From Paraspadella gotoi (lineage: Eukaryota > Animalia > Chaetognatha): a stretch of DNA of 64,000 nt. The notes beneath the pieces are model-generated. The model had not been told where the DNA came from, did no database searches, and saw only the letters and a program-made list of their open reading frames with translations. Below, in pieces: positions 51,701 through 61,972 of this stretch (positions within the stretch are counted from its first letter, which is position 1; every line of letters starts with the position of its first letter). The stretch is from the NCBI GenBank assembly GCA_051294375.1, contig CM119266.1:15403859-15467858 (forward strand), in the 5' to 3' direction. Both the position numbers and the translations under genes were made by a program.

Positions 51701-54700
51701 TATTTTATTCCTAGGGTGCATAAAAGTCCTACAAAACAAAGATACATGGCGGGCTCTAAGGTATGTTCTCTCAAGGCAGTATCTAAACATTTTTCAAAAT
51801 GTTTAAAGCTAATGCTAAAACATCTTAAAGTATACTATCAAGTAGTTTTTCAAAGATCTGGAATAAAACATTATTGGATAGTTGATGATTCTTTGGAGTT
51901 TTTGGAAAAAATTTCTCAATTAAAAACAGATTTTCTAGAAACATATGATTTTTCAACATTATATCCATCACTTCCTCATTATGAAATCGGGAGTAGGCTA
52001 GAAATTTCATTCAGAACAATTTTTTCTAGGGAAAATAAAACATATATAAATGTAAATCATAATAAAGCTTATTTTTCAAATACTAAGAATAAGGGATATA
52101 TTTCTTTTACTGAGAAAGATTTGAGTGTTGTCCTCGACTTTATTTTAGATAATGTTTTTGTCAAATTTGGCTCCTTAATATACAAACAAACATTAGGAAT
52201 ACCAATTGGACTAGATTCTGGACAGGATGTTGCCAATGTGTTGTTATTTTATTTTGAATCAACATATATGGAAAATATGTCAAAAAATAATTTAGGAATC
52301 GCAAGACAATTTAAAAATTGCTCAAGATATATTGATGACCTTTTTTCGGCCGATTTTAGGGATTTTAAAATACATCTTGCCAACATATATCCAGCAGCAC
52401 TTACTGTAAATAAATCTAATAGCACAGATACAGATGTAGATTATTTAGACATTAACATTAAATCAGAAAACAAAAATCTTACTCTGTCTGTTTATGATAA
52501 AAGGGATTCCTTTTCTTTTGAAGTGGTTAATTACCCATATATGGACAGTTGTATTCCTAAAGGGGCAGCACTGGGTGTGTTTGTTGGCCAATTAATAAGA
52601 TATGCAAGAATATGTTCGACGTTTACAGATTTTTCATCAAGAGCTATAAATTTAAGCAAAAAACTACAAAGTCAGGGTTATATATTTAAGGACTTAGGGA
52701 AAATGGGAATTAAATTTTTTAATAATTATAAGGAGCTAATAAATAAATATAATGTTACTGATGTTAATCTATTTTCAAAAAAGATTATACATGATAGTTC
52801 CTAATAAAAATGACAGGAAAAAATAACAAAAATAAACCACTAAGTAATAATTATAATAACAACATCAACAATATTATTTAAATAACTTATTTAATTTATT
52901 TAACTTATTTAACTCTCTGATTTAATTTGTTTTTTAACTTTTACCAATTAACTTATTGTTAACTTTGCATTAACATACCCTTAATTATTAACTTATTATT
53001 AAACTAATTATTTAACTTATTTTATTTATTTACAAATTACAAATTATTATAAAACCTTAATAAAATTTCTCTAAAATTAATAATGCTGTGATGCCAGGGC
53101 TTTGGTCTGTTTCAGATAAACATTCAAGATATACCTTTAAAACATAAGATAAGCAACAATGAAGGATCACCATTTGGTGATGGCTCGCCTATACCTGGAT
53201 ATTGGGATTAAAGAGCCGAAATCCATGAAGGGTATAGGTTCCCAACTGATGACCTTCCCATTGTATAAAAATAAAAGATAAAAAATATTCAAAAAAGAAA
53301 TAATTAAAAAATAGGATAAAGAAAAAACAAAATTTTCATTAAAATATTTTAAAATTATATTCATGACATAAAGGTGCCCCTATAGACCTTTCCCCAGTGT
53401 GTATCCCTATCGGAGCATGCAGTTCTGCATGGTGGTCTTATCCCTATTGGTAAAAAAATCATATATAACGTTGGTCCCTCAAAAAATTATCCATTCCCAC
53501 CCCTTTCTGTTCGGCCTCTTAGATATTGTGATTTTTCATTAATGACTTTCTAACAGAAATGATGTGTGATATCTATTGGAAAACTAGGACAGATAGTAAT
53601 CTAACCTTGTGTTGTATAGATGCTCCCTCTATTTCCAGAAGACAACACTGACTTCCCCTTCCCAGGTTGTATTATTAGATAAATAAAACATTTTTAAAAA
53701 AGAAAGCAATATATGTTTGAATAAATAATATGGATTAAGTGATGAATCCTTCATAAAAATATTAAAATATTAAAATAGAAAAATGAAAAATAGTGAGACA
53801 AGTAATTTGCAAATTTTCATAAGAAACTGGAATTCACAAACGATCACAAGATCGTCCAAAATCGGAATTGTACATGGTTGATCTCTCAAAAGCATGAATG
53901 TCCCTCATCCGAGTGTGTTTTTACTTGAGCCAAAACAAAACAAATGAGAAATCAAAACAATCCCATACACCTCTAAGTCGACAGTCGGCATTTTGAAAAT
54001 ACCCAGGGCGAGAGCAACACTGAGCCAACAAATGAGAAATCAAAACAACCCCATACACCTTTTAGGTCCACAGTCGGCATTTTGAAAAAGCCCAGGGCGA
54101 GAGCAACACTGAACCAACGTTATTAACACCACCGACGACGACACGAAAAGGACCGTCCCAGAATTTTAGGCCCTTAAAGTCGAGTTTCGACGAATGTTGA
54201 TCGTCGTCACATCGTCGCTCTCAGCGTCGTCGAATATGGGGAAAAGTCACGAACTCCTTAATGGTCGCGTTTGTTTTCTATTTGGTCGTCGTTCTCGTTG
54301 TCGTTGTCGTCGTCAGTGTCGTTGTCGATGTCGTTGTCCGAAATCATAGAATACCATGGAGAGAAAGAAAGACTAAGAATTAAGAGAGAGAGAGAGAGAG
54401 AGAGACTCACTCTGATCGACGTTTACACCGACGACCCAGGATTCGTCGTCGTCGAAGTGAATGTCTCCCCCAACATCTTCTCCCGGCGCGAAGGCGTGGG
54501 CGAGCACGCGGTCTGAACAAGGGATGATATTAAATTAAATAAATATTAATTTATTAATTACCTTCAAAAATTTTTTTCACTATCTCACTAGGGCCGTCGA
54601 ACGGATAAATGTCTCCGTGATTCCATCCCCCGAAGTCGATCCTAATGTCGGCGCCGAAACATCCTTGCGTTCTGTTGAAACAGGCTCAACTACGTTGCTA

Positions 54701-55078
54701 TTTTGTCTAAATTTATTTTTAAAACCAACATATATCGTTTTAACAGACCTGATCATGTCGAATCTGAATGGGGAATTTTGAGACCAGAGGGCGAATGCTC
54801 GTCGGACGCTGGATTCTTGATCGGCCCAGTAGATACGACGACTGTGTTTCATGAAGCTGAAAGATGATCGTAATATTAATAGAAACCAATACGTGATTTT
54901 AGGGACGAGGAAAACGACTAACATTCGTTCATTTAGTAAATTAAAAACTCAACAACGCAATGGTTAAGTCATGACGCCTCATTGTTTGAATTACGAAGGG
55001 ACACTTGGGCCCACAAGATTAATCCCTTCATTTGCATTCTGCAATTTGCACCCGAAGCACACGAGAGAAATGCCCAGC

Positions 55079-55112
<34 letters not shown>

Positions 55113-56555
55113 AATCAAACTTATCCTCCCTTTTCGTGTAACCGAATGATTGGCCCATTGTCAAAATTCCCCTCGTCCTCCGTTGAAAACTGCGACGTTT
55201 TTCCTTCCGCATAAAATTATCAACGAGCAGGAAAAGGTCCCAACCTTGACAGTGTACTGCAAATTGAAGCCTATGATCTAATCCTTTCATTCTATTACAA
55301 CTAGTACTGCTATTTTATATCGTTTTATGCGGGAGGAGCCAATGAAGCCAAAATTCACCACTACGTACTAGCTATTTAGGAAAACTCACCAGTAAGTGAG
55401 ATGCTTTTTTCTCCACACATCTCCGTAGACCGTGAATCGTTTAGCACGTCTCCTATTCAATCCGGTTCCCCCTTCCTCGTACACGAGCTCCGCCGAAGCT
55501 GATCGTCGTCTCTCAACATCCGGGCGACCGCATCGAGGAGACCGCATTAAAGCTAGTGTAGCTTGGTCCAGTTCGCCGGTCTGACAGAAGATTTGATTTG
55601 ATTGATTGCAAGTTATGACACACCGATTGATCGATACATTGATCCATCGATTTTTTTCACATTACCTCCTCCACATTGCCAAACTTTTGCATGTTCTTGA
55701 TCGCACCCCTTACGCTTGTGTCAGACATCAGGGCTCTCATCCCGTCTTGGGATTCGAAGCTCGGCAAATAACCGTAGGATTCCAAGAATTTCTGTCAAAA
55801 TGTTTATTGGTTAAAAATGGAAAATATTTAAGGATTCCCCAACCTGAAAGTTACATTATTCAACTTATGAAACAAATCAATTTTCCGTTGTCTAACGTTT
55901 CCAGATGTATCGTGCTTTGTTTCTATCGCGTGATCTTTCGTGATCGACGAAAGCGCAAACAACTGAGTACAACGTAACATCTGGAAAGCGTAACCCGAAC
56001 GATCGTATCTCTACGTTCTAATCTTTTTCTTCCAAATTACTCGAATATTTTTAGCGTAAAATTTCTGCCTGGAAACGAGAGAAACGTACTGAAGATTAAA
56101 AAGTATCGATTTTCGGCGGGAATCTCCGAGGAATCGCGTTGTCTATCCCTCCGGTAAACTCTCTCTCTTTCTTGACGAGCCTTTTTCATCGGCAGACATT
56201 GAAGCTTCGTCAGTCAGTCAAAGCCTTTGATTAACGAGCAAAACGACCTCTTTCGACGCAACAATGTTTTTTCTCTTTGTCTCAGAATCCAGGTTTATCA
56301 CCTTTACTCATTCGGGTCTCGTGTCTCCTTTCTTCTTTCCGATTAGCTCTGTCCCGTCCGCTATCCTTCCCTCCCATATTTTGTTTCCTTTTGTTTTCTT
56401 TAGTTTTTAATTTCTCTTCGAAGGAAAATAAAAGAGAGAGAGAAAAAAAAAGTTTCAGGTTCTAAAACTTCTCCTTTTTTTATCCTTGCCTTTGCCGCGG
56501 TCACGCGTCTATCGATCGGCGCCCCAGGGGGACCAGGAAATTTTATGCTAATTCA

Positions 56556-56609
<54 letters not shown>

Positions 56610-59600
56610 TCGAGCGTGATCGCCCGGTAACAGTAAAGCCACTTCATCGACCATCAAAATACGAACCAAAAATGCATAGCACTGTTCCAATACCCCCCCT
56701 TTTTGCCTCTTTCTCTTTTTTCACTCGTTAACCCTAAAGGCCCAAAGTTCCCCTGGGGACGAAACCCCGTGGGGCAGAAGGTGAAACATAAACAAAAACA
56801 ATGAAAAGATCTGAGGCGATGAAAGCGATGAAAAGAAAGGGTTTTATACTTTCGACTCTTTTTTTTTTCATACTTCTTTTCTATTTTTATTTCTTTTTTT
56901 ACTTTCTTCTTTCTTCTCACCTAATTATTTTCAGATTCACAATACAATCTTCATTTTTTTTTCATTCCTTTTTCATTTTTCCATCTCAAATTCTATTAAA
57001 CGAAAATCACGGGGGAAGAGATCGAATTTAAATTTTCGCGCGACGGGAGGCGATAGATTTGGATGCACGTATGGAGTAGAGAGGATGAATAGACAGTGGA
57101 GAAAAGAGAGGTGGTGTTGAACGGGAGTTCGAGGGTGAAAGGGCTTCGGGAATTATCGCAGTAATTTGAAAAAATAAATTGAGAAATCTGGAGATGGTCT
57201 TTTCCAACGATCGAAACGCGTGCGTGATTTCGTCGATCAATGAATATTTCATCTCGACTTAAAACGATGACTATGAATTTCATTTAAAAATGATTTTTAA
57301 TTTACGAGTCAGTCGAATCATCGTGCCAGGCCGGGAGGGCAATAAACGTAAACCGTCGTTAAGCAAAAGAAAAATGAGAAGAATTAATTCGATGGTCGTT
57401 TGTGATTCGCTGAAAAACAAAAAGGGAAAGCCGTGAATCGAGACTCGTAAATCTTTTCACTGCTTCACTAATCTTTTGTCTTTCTTCCCATAGTCCAAAA
57501 AATGAATCACTCGCACCGAAAGAAAAACATATTAGTCAATCGTCAACTGACAAAATATGAATTTTCTCAAAGGAAATTTAATCTAACAAACAATCAAAAA
57601 ATAAAAGGAGTGGCTTCTTGGCCTGGATGACTTGACGAAAGATTGAAAAAAAATGTAGGGGGTTAACGAAATTAATAAAAAGTTGAAAAAATATTGACAT
57701 GATTGCTAGGGCAATTGTTCTTGGATATCGACCATGTTACAAGCTTTAACTTGACTAAAAAAAAACTAACTCAAGATTAAAATATTCTTTCGCTTTAATG
57801 CCTTGCAGACTTTTGACCAAAGAAGAAAAACATAAAAAAACTAAAGAAAAAAGAAAAAGAAAGTTTTAATGGCGACGACGCGTGTCTCGGTATAACGATG
57901 TTGACTCCTTTATTAATTCCTAGACAAAACATAAAATCCGACGAAAACGAGACAAGAAAACATCGAGGAATTTAAAACGACGTCGACGACGACGACGACG
58001 ACGATTTAACGACTTTAGACCCTTTTTTTTTCATCAAGTTTTCTTTTCTCGGCTAAAAGAAAACTCCCCGGAAACGTTCCCCCCTTCCCCATATGGAGCG
58101 AGATATCTGAGAAAAGGCATCGCCTAAAAACCGGCGACCTCCCGCTAATCGCTTCAATCGCCAGCGTCGAACCAACATCGCCTTTTTCTTTGTTTATTTG
58201 TCGCTCACGGGAGGTGATTGTGATAAAGAGGCGAGGTGATTGTGATAAAGAGTCGAGGTGATTGTGATAAAGAGGCGAGGTGATTGTGATAAAGAGTCGA
58301 GGTGATTGTGATAAAGAGGCGAGGAATGCGCTGACCTTCACAAGACGATGACGATTTCGCCACGGACCAGTTTTTTTATCGGGTCGATCTCGGCACAAAG
58401 TTAAAAAAAAAATCCTAAAAGGAGAGATCCCGTCGACACATTTTTCATAAGATACTTTTTTTATTGTTAAAGTTTTTTTACCACCTCATTAAAATTTATA
58501 AACGAGAGACGCCCTGTTATGGCTTGAGACCGAGCAAAATTTAAACAATCTCCGATTACCAGTTTCCCACCCACCCACCAAAGAAGAACCACCAACCCCT
58601 GCCCCCCTACCCCCTTAAATCCGACTCACCAAACCCTCAAAGATCTGAGATTTTGCTCCTTCATTTCCCCCGTCATTTCGGTCTCCTCCTCCTCCTCCTC
58701 CTCCTCCTCCTCCTCCTCCTCTTCCTCTTCTTGTTCCTCCTTCCTCCAGGATCTTTTCGTCTTCGCTCGATCTCTCGTTCCTCCTTCTTCCGACATCCGG
58801 CTTCCAGTTTATCGTTCGTCCGCCAGGATTCGATGACCAATCCGATAAGTTCGATTTCGCGACGGAGAGAAGCGGCTCGAAGGACGACGACGACGACGAC
58901 GATGAAAAAGACGAAAGTAAAGACGACACGGAGGAAATAGACGTCGCTGTTCTTTTGTTGACGTCGACGCCGATCCAGCGGCGAGAGGCGACCGGCAACG
59001 ACGCGGCGAGAGGAAACGCGAGAAGGCAAAGAAAGTAGAAAACGAGAACAGAGGAACGTCGGAAACTCGCTAGGAACGGACGGAAGGCTGGAGATTCGAA
59101 GGCGGAGGGGAAGACGTTGGAATGCGTCGTCATCTTGGAATGAGTCGAGTGTTTGAAGGAATTTGGAGAGGACGAGGTTGTTAAAGATAAGTTAGAGATT
59201 TTCCTCGAGAGGCCAACCTTTCTTTTGACAGGGCGAGGGACGTTCGTCATTTTTTCGGAAGAGGTTTTATAAGCGACGAGTCTCTCTACTTCGAAAAGGG
59301 AAAAGGGTCGCTGTCTTTTGGTTTCCTTTTCTATTCGATCGAAACGAGAATGGAGTTTTGCGGTTTTCGATTTAGATTTCAGTTTCGCGTCGAAAGGGCG
59401 AAGCCGCGACGAGGGGAAATCGTTTATATAACCATCGCCAACGGAGGACGAAAATTGGATTATAGGACAGACAGATGACGATGACGACGATGCTGATGAC
59501 GACGACGAAGAAGCCGACGACGGCGAGAGTGATGTCAACGAGGCTTCGATCGAAACGTCCGGTTGATTTTCCGTCGTGACCTTATTTGGAATCGCCTCCT

Positions 59601-59658
59601 TTAGTTCCGCTTCAGACGGAAGAAAATTGGTTTGTGCGTTGGCGTGGCGACACCTCAT
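47241..59658 (-). CDS. Matrix metalloproteinase (M10A) with hemopexin domain and hydrophobic C-terminus (membrane/GPI-type, Mmp2/MT-MMP-like)
   Basis: Approximate exons 58631-59658, 55666-55791, 55391-55579, 54749-54856, 54588-54671, 54411-54512, 49671-49768, 49514-49575, 49268-49447, 49066-49203, 48755-48895, 47722-47835, 47572-47659, 47241-47429. Cysteine switch PRCGRPD, furin site RRAKR, HGD.YPFDG, LAHAF.PG...[29 protein letters not shown], hemopexin repeats. The start ATG is uncertain. Confidence 0.93.
48338..48400 (+). ncRNA. Candidate box C/D snoRNA (antisense to the MMP intron)
   Basis: C box ATGATGA 48342-48348, D' CTGA 48363-48366, C' GTGAGGA 48377-48383, D CTGA 48394-48397, short terminal stem GTC/GGC. 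Confidence 0.4.
50620..50676. repeat. 13-bp tandem repeat (AGACTTATTTAAA)x4 at the PLE 5' junction
   Basis: Four perfect units directly upstream of the RT reading frame. Confidence 0.92.
50711..52804 (+). CDS. PLE reverse transcriptase (CxC linker + RT + thumb; N-terminal GIY-YIG endonuclease absent from this copy)
   Basis: 697-aa ORF with CDC....[14 protein letters not shown] (CxC/DxxHxH linker), [72 protein letters not shown]. The ORF ends after the thumb with no C-terminal EN, matching the described N-terminal-EN Naiad/Chlamys layout. Confidence 0.88.
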   Translation: MHYIRTYLCGLPRGKLLILYNESRNLNDHEYRNLRDGIIMISDIRLFKPVLTEKIRGGEYYHINFIDKGLDYINLGGILNSKTIQNKIPVYFDCREPPMVGYGYGGSIAGLMFNYRRCLKNEDVNNIDMDLMVCDCENSTFKDPYHYHIITGNLNIIENENLKKILKKGPKCRLPGKVGWIKGMDNMADFIDVYAGDWIGRENQANKDTKININVLNVWKKEVLNLVKKRIEYCKNKVKNTFPLNVAGSLKTELNRLQDKFIITPADRAQGNIIFTCKKFYYKRLKEELIDSQSYNFTNETAESINKRIAKFGEDYGIKVKDEMKEIPIIYFIPRVHKSPTKQRYMAGSKVCSLKAVSKHFSKCLKLMLKHLKVYYQVVFQRSGIKHYWIVDDSLEFLEKISQLKTDFLETYDFSTLYPSLPHYEIGSRLEISFRTIFSRENKTYINVNHNKAYFSNTKNKGYISFTEKDLSVVLDFILDNVFVKFGSLIYKQTLGIPIGLDSGQDVANVLLFYFESTYMENMSKNNLGIARQFKNCSRYIDDLFSADFRDFKIHLANIYPAALTVNKSNSTDTDVDYLDINIKSENKNLTLSVYDKRDSFSFEVVNYPYMDSCIPKGAALGVFVGQLIRYARICSTFTDFSSRAINLSKKLQSQGYIFKDLGKMGIKFFNNYKELINKYNVTDVNLFSKKIIHDSS
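53940..54118. repeat. Two tandem ~88-bp direct repeats downstream of the PLE
   Basis: caaatgagaaatcaaaacaa.cccatacacct.ta.gtc.acagtcggcattttgaaaa..cccagggcgagagcaacactga.ccaa occurs twice with ~7 mismatches. Confidence 0.9.
58211..58324. repeat. 22-bp minisatellite, 5 units with alternating G/T variant
   Basis: GAGGTGATTGTGATAAAGAG(G/T)C x5, order G,T,G,T,G. Confidence 0.95.
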
Positions 59659-59751
59659 GCTTCCGCCAATGCAAGGGATCGATTTTCAGGGACTGAAGTG
59701 ATTATCGCGCGAAAAAAAGCGTGATGAGGAAATGATGAGAAAATCTGTTTA

Positions 59752-61070
59752 CAGGGACTTCAATCTGGACCGATACGAAAAGGCTTTATGAAACTCGTAA
59801 TTCTTTCGCTGTATATTTTTTTTTTATAATATTTATTACTTGACGATTAAGTTGACCTAAAAAATGTTAAAATTTCTTAATAGTATAATCACAGTGGCTC
59901 CCAAGCACGGAGTCACTTTTCTTCATTTTTCTGATTGTGAAGTTATCTGATAGAAAAATTTTAAAAAATGGCGATAAAAAAATATTTTTTAATTTTTTAT
60001 GATAAAAATTTTTAATGTAAAACCTAACTTACTTATTATGGTAACTAATATTTATTAACAAAGTCGACTTTCATAATTTTTTTCCCCCTAAACCAAAATT
60101 TTTATTTTTAATAGATTTTAAAGGGAAAAAGTAATGATTATTATCAAGTATTATTCATATTATAAAAAAATTTGGTTCATGATACATATACTACAGTATC
60201 TAATTAATAAAAAAAAGATTTAAAAAAAATACAATTGTTATGAAGGATTGATAGCAAGATCTACTTTTAAAGTAAAAATTCTGCTTCTTCAGATATTTAC
60301 CCTCTGAGGTAAATGTTTATAACATTATAAAATTATATTCATGACATAAAGGTGCCCCTATAGACCTTTCCCCAGTATGTATCCCTATCAGAACATACAA
60401 TTCTACATGGTATTCTTATCCCTATTGGTAAAAAAAATTATATATAACGTTGGTCCCCCCTCAAAAAATTATCCATTCCCACCCCTTTCTGTTCAGCCTC
60501 TTAGATATTATGATTTTTCATTAATGACTTTCTAACAGAAATGATGTGTGATATCTATTAGAAAACTAGGACAGATAGTAATCTAACCTTGTGTTGTATA
60601 GATGCTCCCTCTATTTCCAGAAGACAACACTGACTTCCCCTTCCCGAATTGAATTATTAGATAAATAAAACATTTAAAAAAAAAAAAAAAAAAAAGAAAG
60701 AAAGCAATATATATTTGTTTAGATAATATAGATTAAATACTAAATCCTTCATAAAATATAAAAATAGAAAATAGTGAAACAAGTAATTTGCAAATTTTCA
60801 TATAAGATATAACACTGCTATGTCATTAGTTTCTAAGAAAGATGGAAGCCTTAAACTACCAAAACCTGTCCAAAGTCAGTGGCAGGATAGCTTATTTATT
60901 AAATGAATGGATAATTTTTGTATTGGTTGTACCAATTTCATAGCAGCTATCCTAGCTAGAATGTTACGAATCGGTAAATAATCGAATAAGAAAAAAATTT
61001 ACAACCTGATTGCTTTTAATTTCGATTATATTACAAGTTTTTTTTGTATCACTCCAGATTGAAGTCCCTG
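59752..61070. mobile_element. Non-autonomous TIR DNA transposon (CAGGG ends) with nested PLE fragment
   Basis: CAGGGACTTCAATCTGGA at 59752 and its reverse complement TCCAGATTGAAGTCCCTG at 61053-61070; imperfect match extends to ~30 bp. No clean TSD seen. Confidence 0.78.
60328..60942 (+). mobile_element. Solo 3'-region / pseudo-LTR fragment of the Naiad-like PLE
   Basis: 60328-60802 aligns with 53348-53821; 60815-60942 aligns with 27772-27899. Confidence 0.85.
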
Positions 61071-61428
61071 TCGTTGTTTTTTTTTCTTCGTTTTTGTATT
61101 AATTGTTGTCATCGAAAAACCGGAGCCGACGTCGACAAAGAGAGACGATTTAAGGCAGAAACTTCAATCGTGACGAGATTTTGACTTCGGGGCAAAAAAA
61201 TCGAGTGATTTAGTTGTTTTTCCCGTCGCTCGATCTTCACTCTGTTTTTTCACGACCAGGCCGACCGCGAGTCTCTATTGTGATTGGATTAAATTTTAAT
61301 TTCATTATGTTTTTCCGAGAGACTTCGTGGCGAGAGAGTGAGAGATTGAAGGGAAAAAAAGTAAATGGATGGATCGTTTTCTTTATTTGAAACAAGATCC
61401 GAGACGTTATCGTGGAGAGGGAGAGAGA

Positions 61429-61494
<66 letters not shown>

Positions 61495-61972
61495 TCGAAC
61501 GAGGGACCACCGAAAAAAGGGTTTAGGAAATTTAAAAAAAAAAAAACGAAAAAAATCAAAAAGAAAATAAATATAAATCGAAAAATGAAAACAAGAAAAT
61601 AAAAATAAGATAAGATTTTTCTTTCAGTCTTTTTGTTCAGAGATAGACATCGCTTCGGGAGTAAATCATTGAAATTGTGTTTCTAAAATGGAATAGAATA
61701 GAATATAATGACAATGTACTTAACCATAATCAAAATTCCTACTGTTATTGAGTTTATTTACAGTAATTTACGACACTCACACTAAGGATTCAGATTTAGA
61801 GGTTTTCCTGTTTTGTTTTTTTTCTCACTTATCCTGTAATCATAAATTTGATGGCAATGTTTTTTCTGATAAAAAAAACATATTCGTATATTTTTCTTTG
61901 GTTTGTCATAATTTTTTCGTCTGAGCTCAGTTGATATCTTACCAGGAAATCTTTCTTTTTCTTTTTTTTTTT

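Larger units (their letters stand above)
50600..53821 (+). mobile_element. 5'-truncated Penelope-like retroelement (Naiad-type) inserted antisense in an MMP intron
   Basis: Very AT-rich block containing the RT ORF plus ~1 kb of 3' region. 53348-53821 is repeated at 60328-60802. Confidence 0.82.

Noticed and set aside
53205-53260. Canonical hammerhead ribozyme (GAAA and CTGATGA present)
   Set aside because: The order would require a type II fold, but stem II cannot pair (C opposite C) and stem I is mismatched.
52805-53340. SECIS element / selenoprotein Naiad
   Set aside because: The ORF has no in-frame TGA and I found no AUGA-helix-AA-GA arrangement.
58211-58324. CRISPR-like appearance of short tandem repeats (also 25040-25230, 50620-50676)
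   Set aside because: No unique spacers, no cas genes, eukaryotic context; these are minisatellites.
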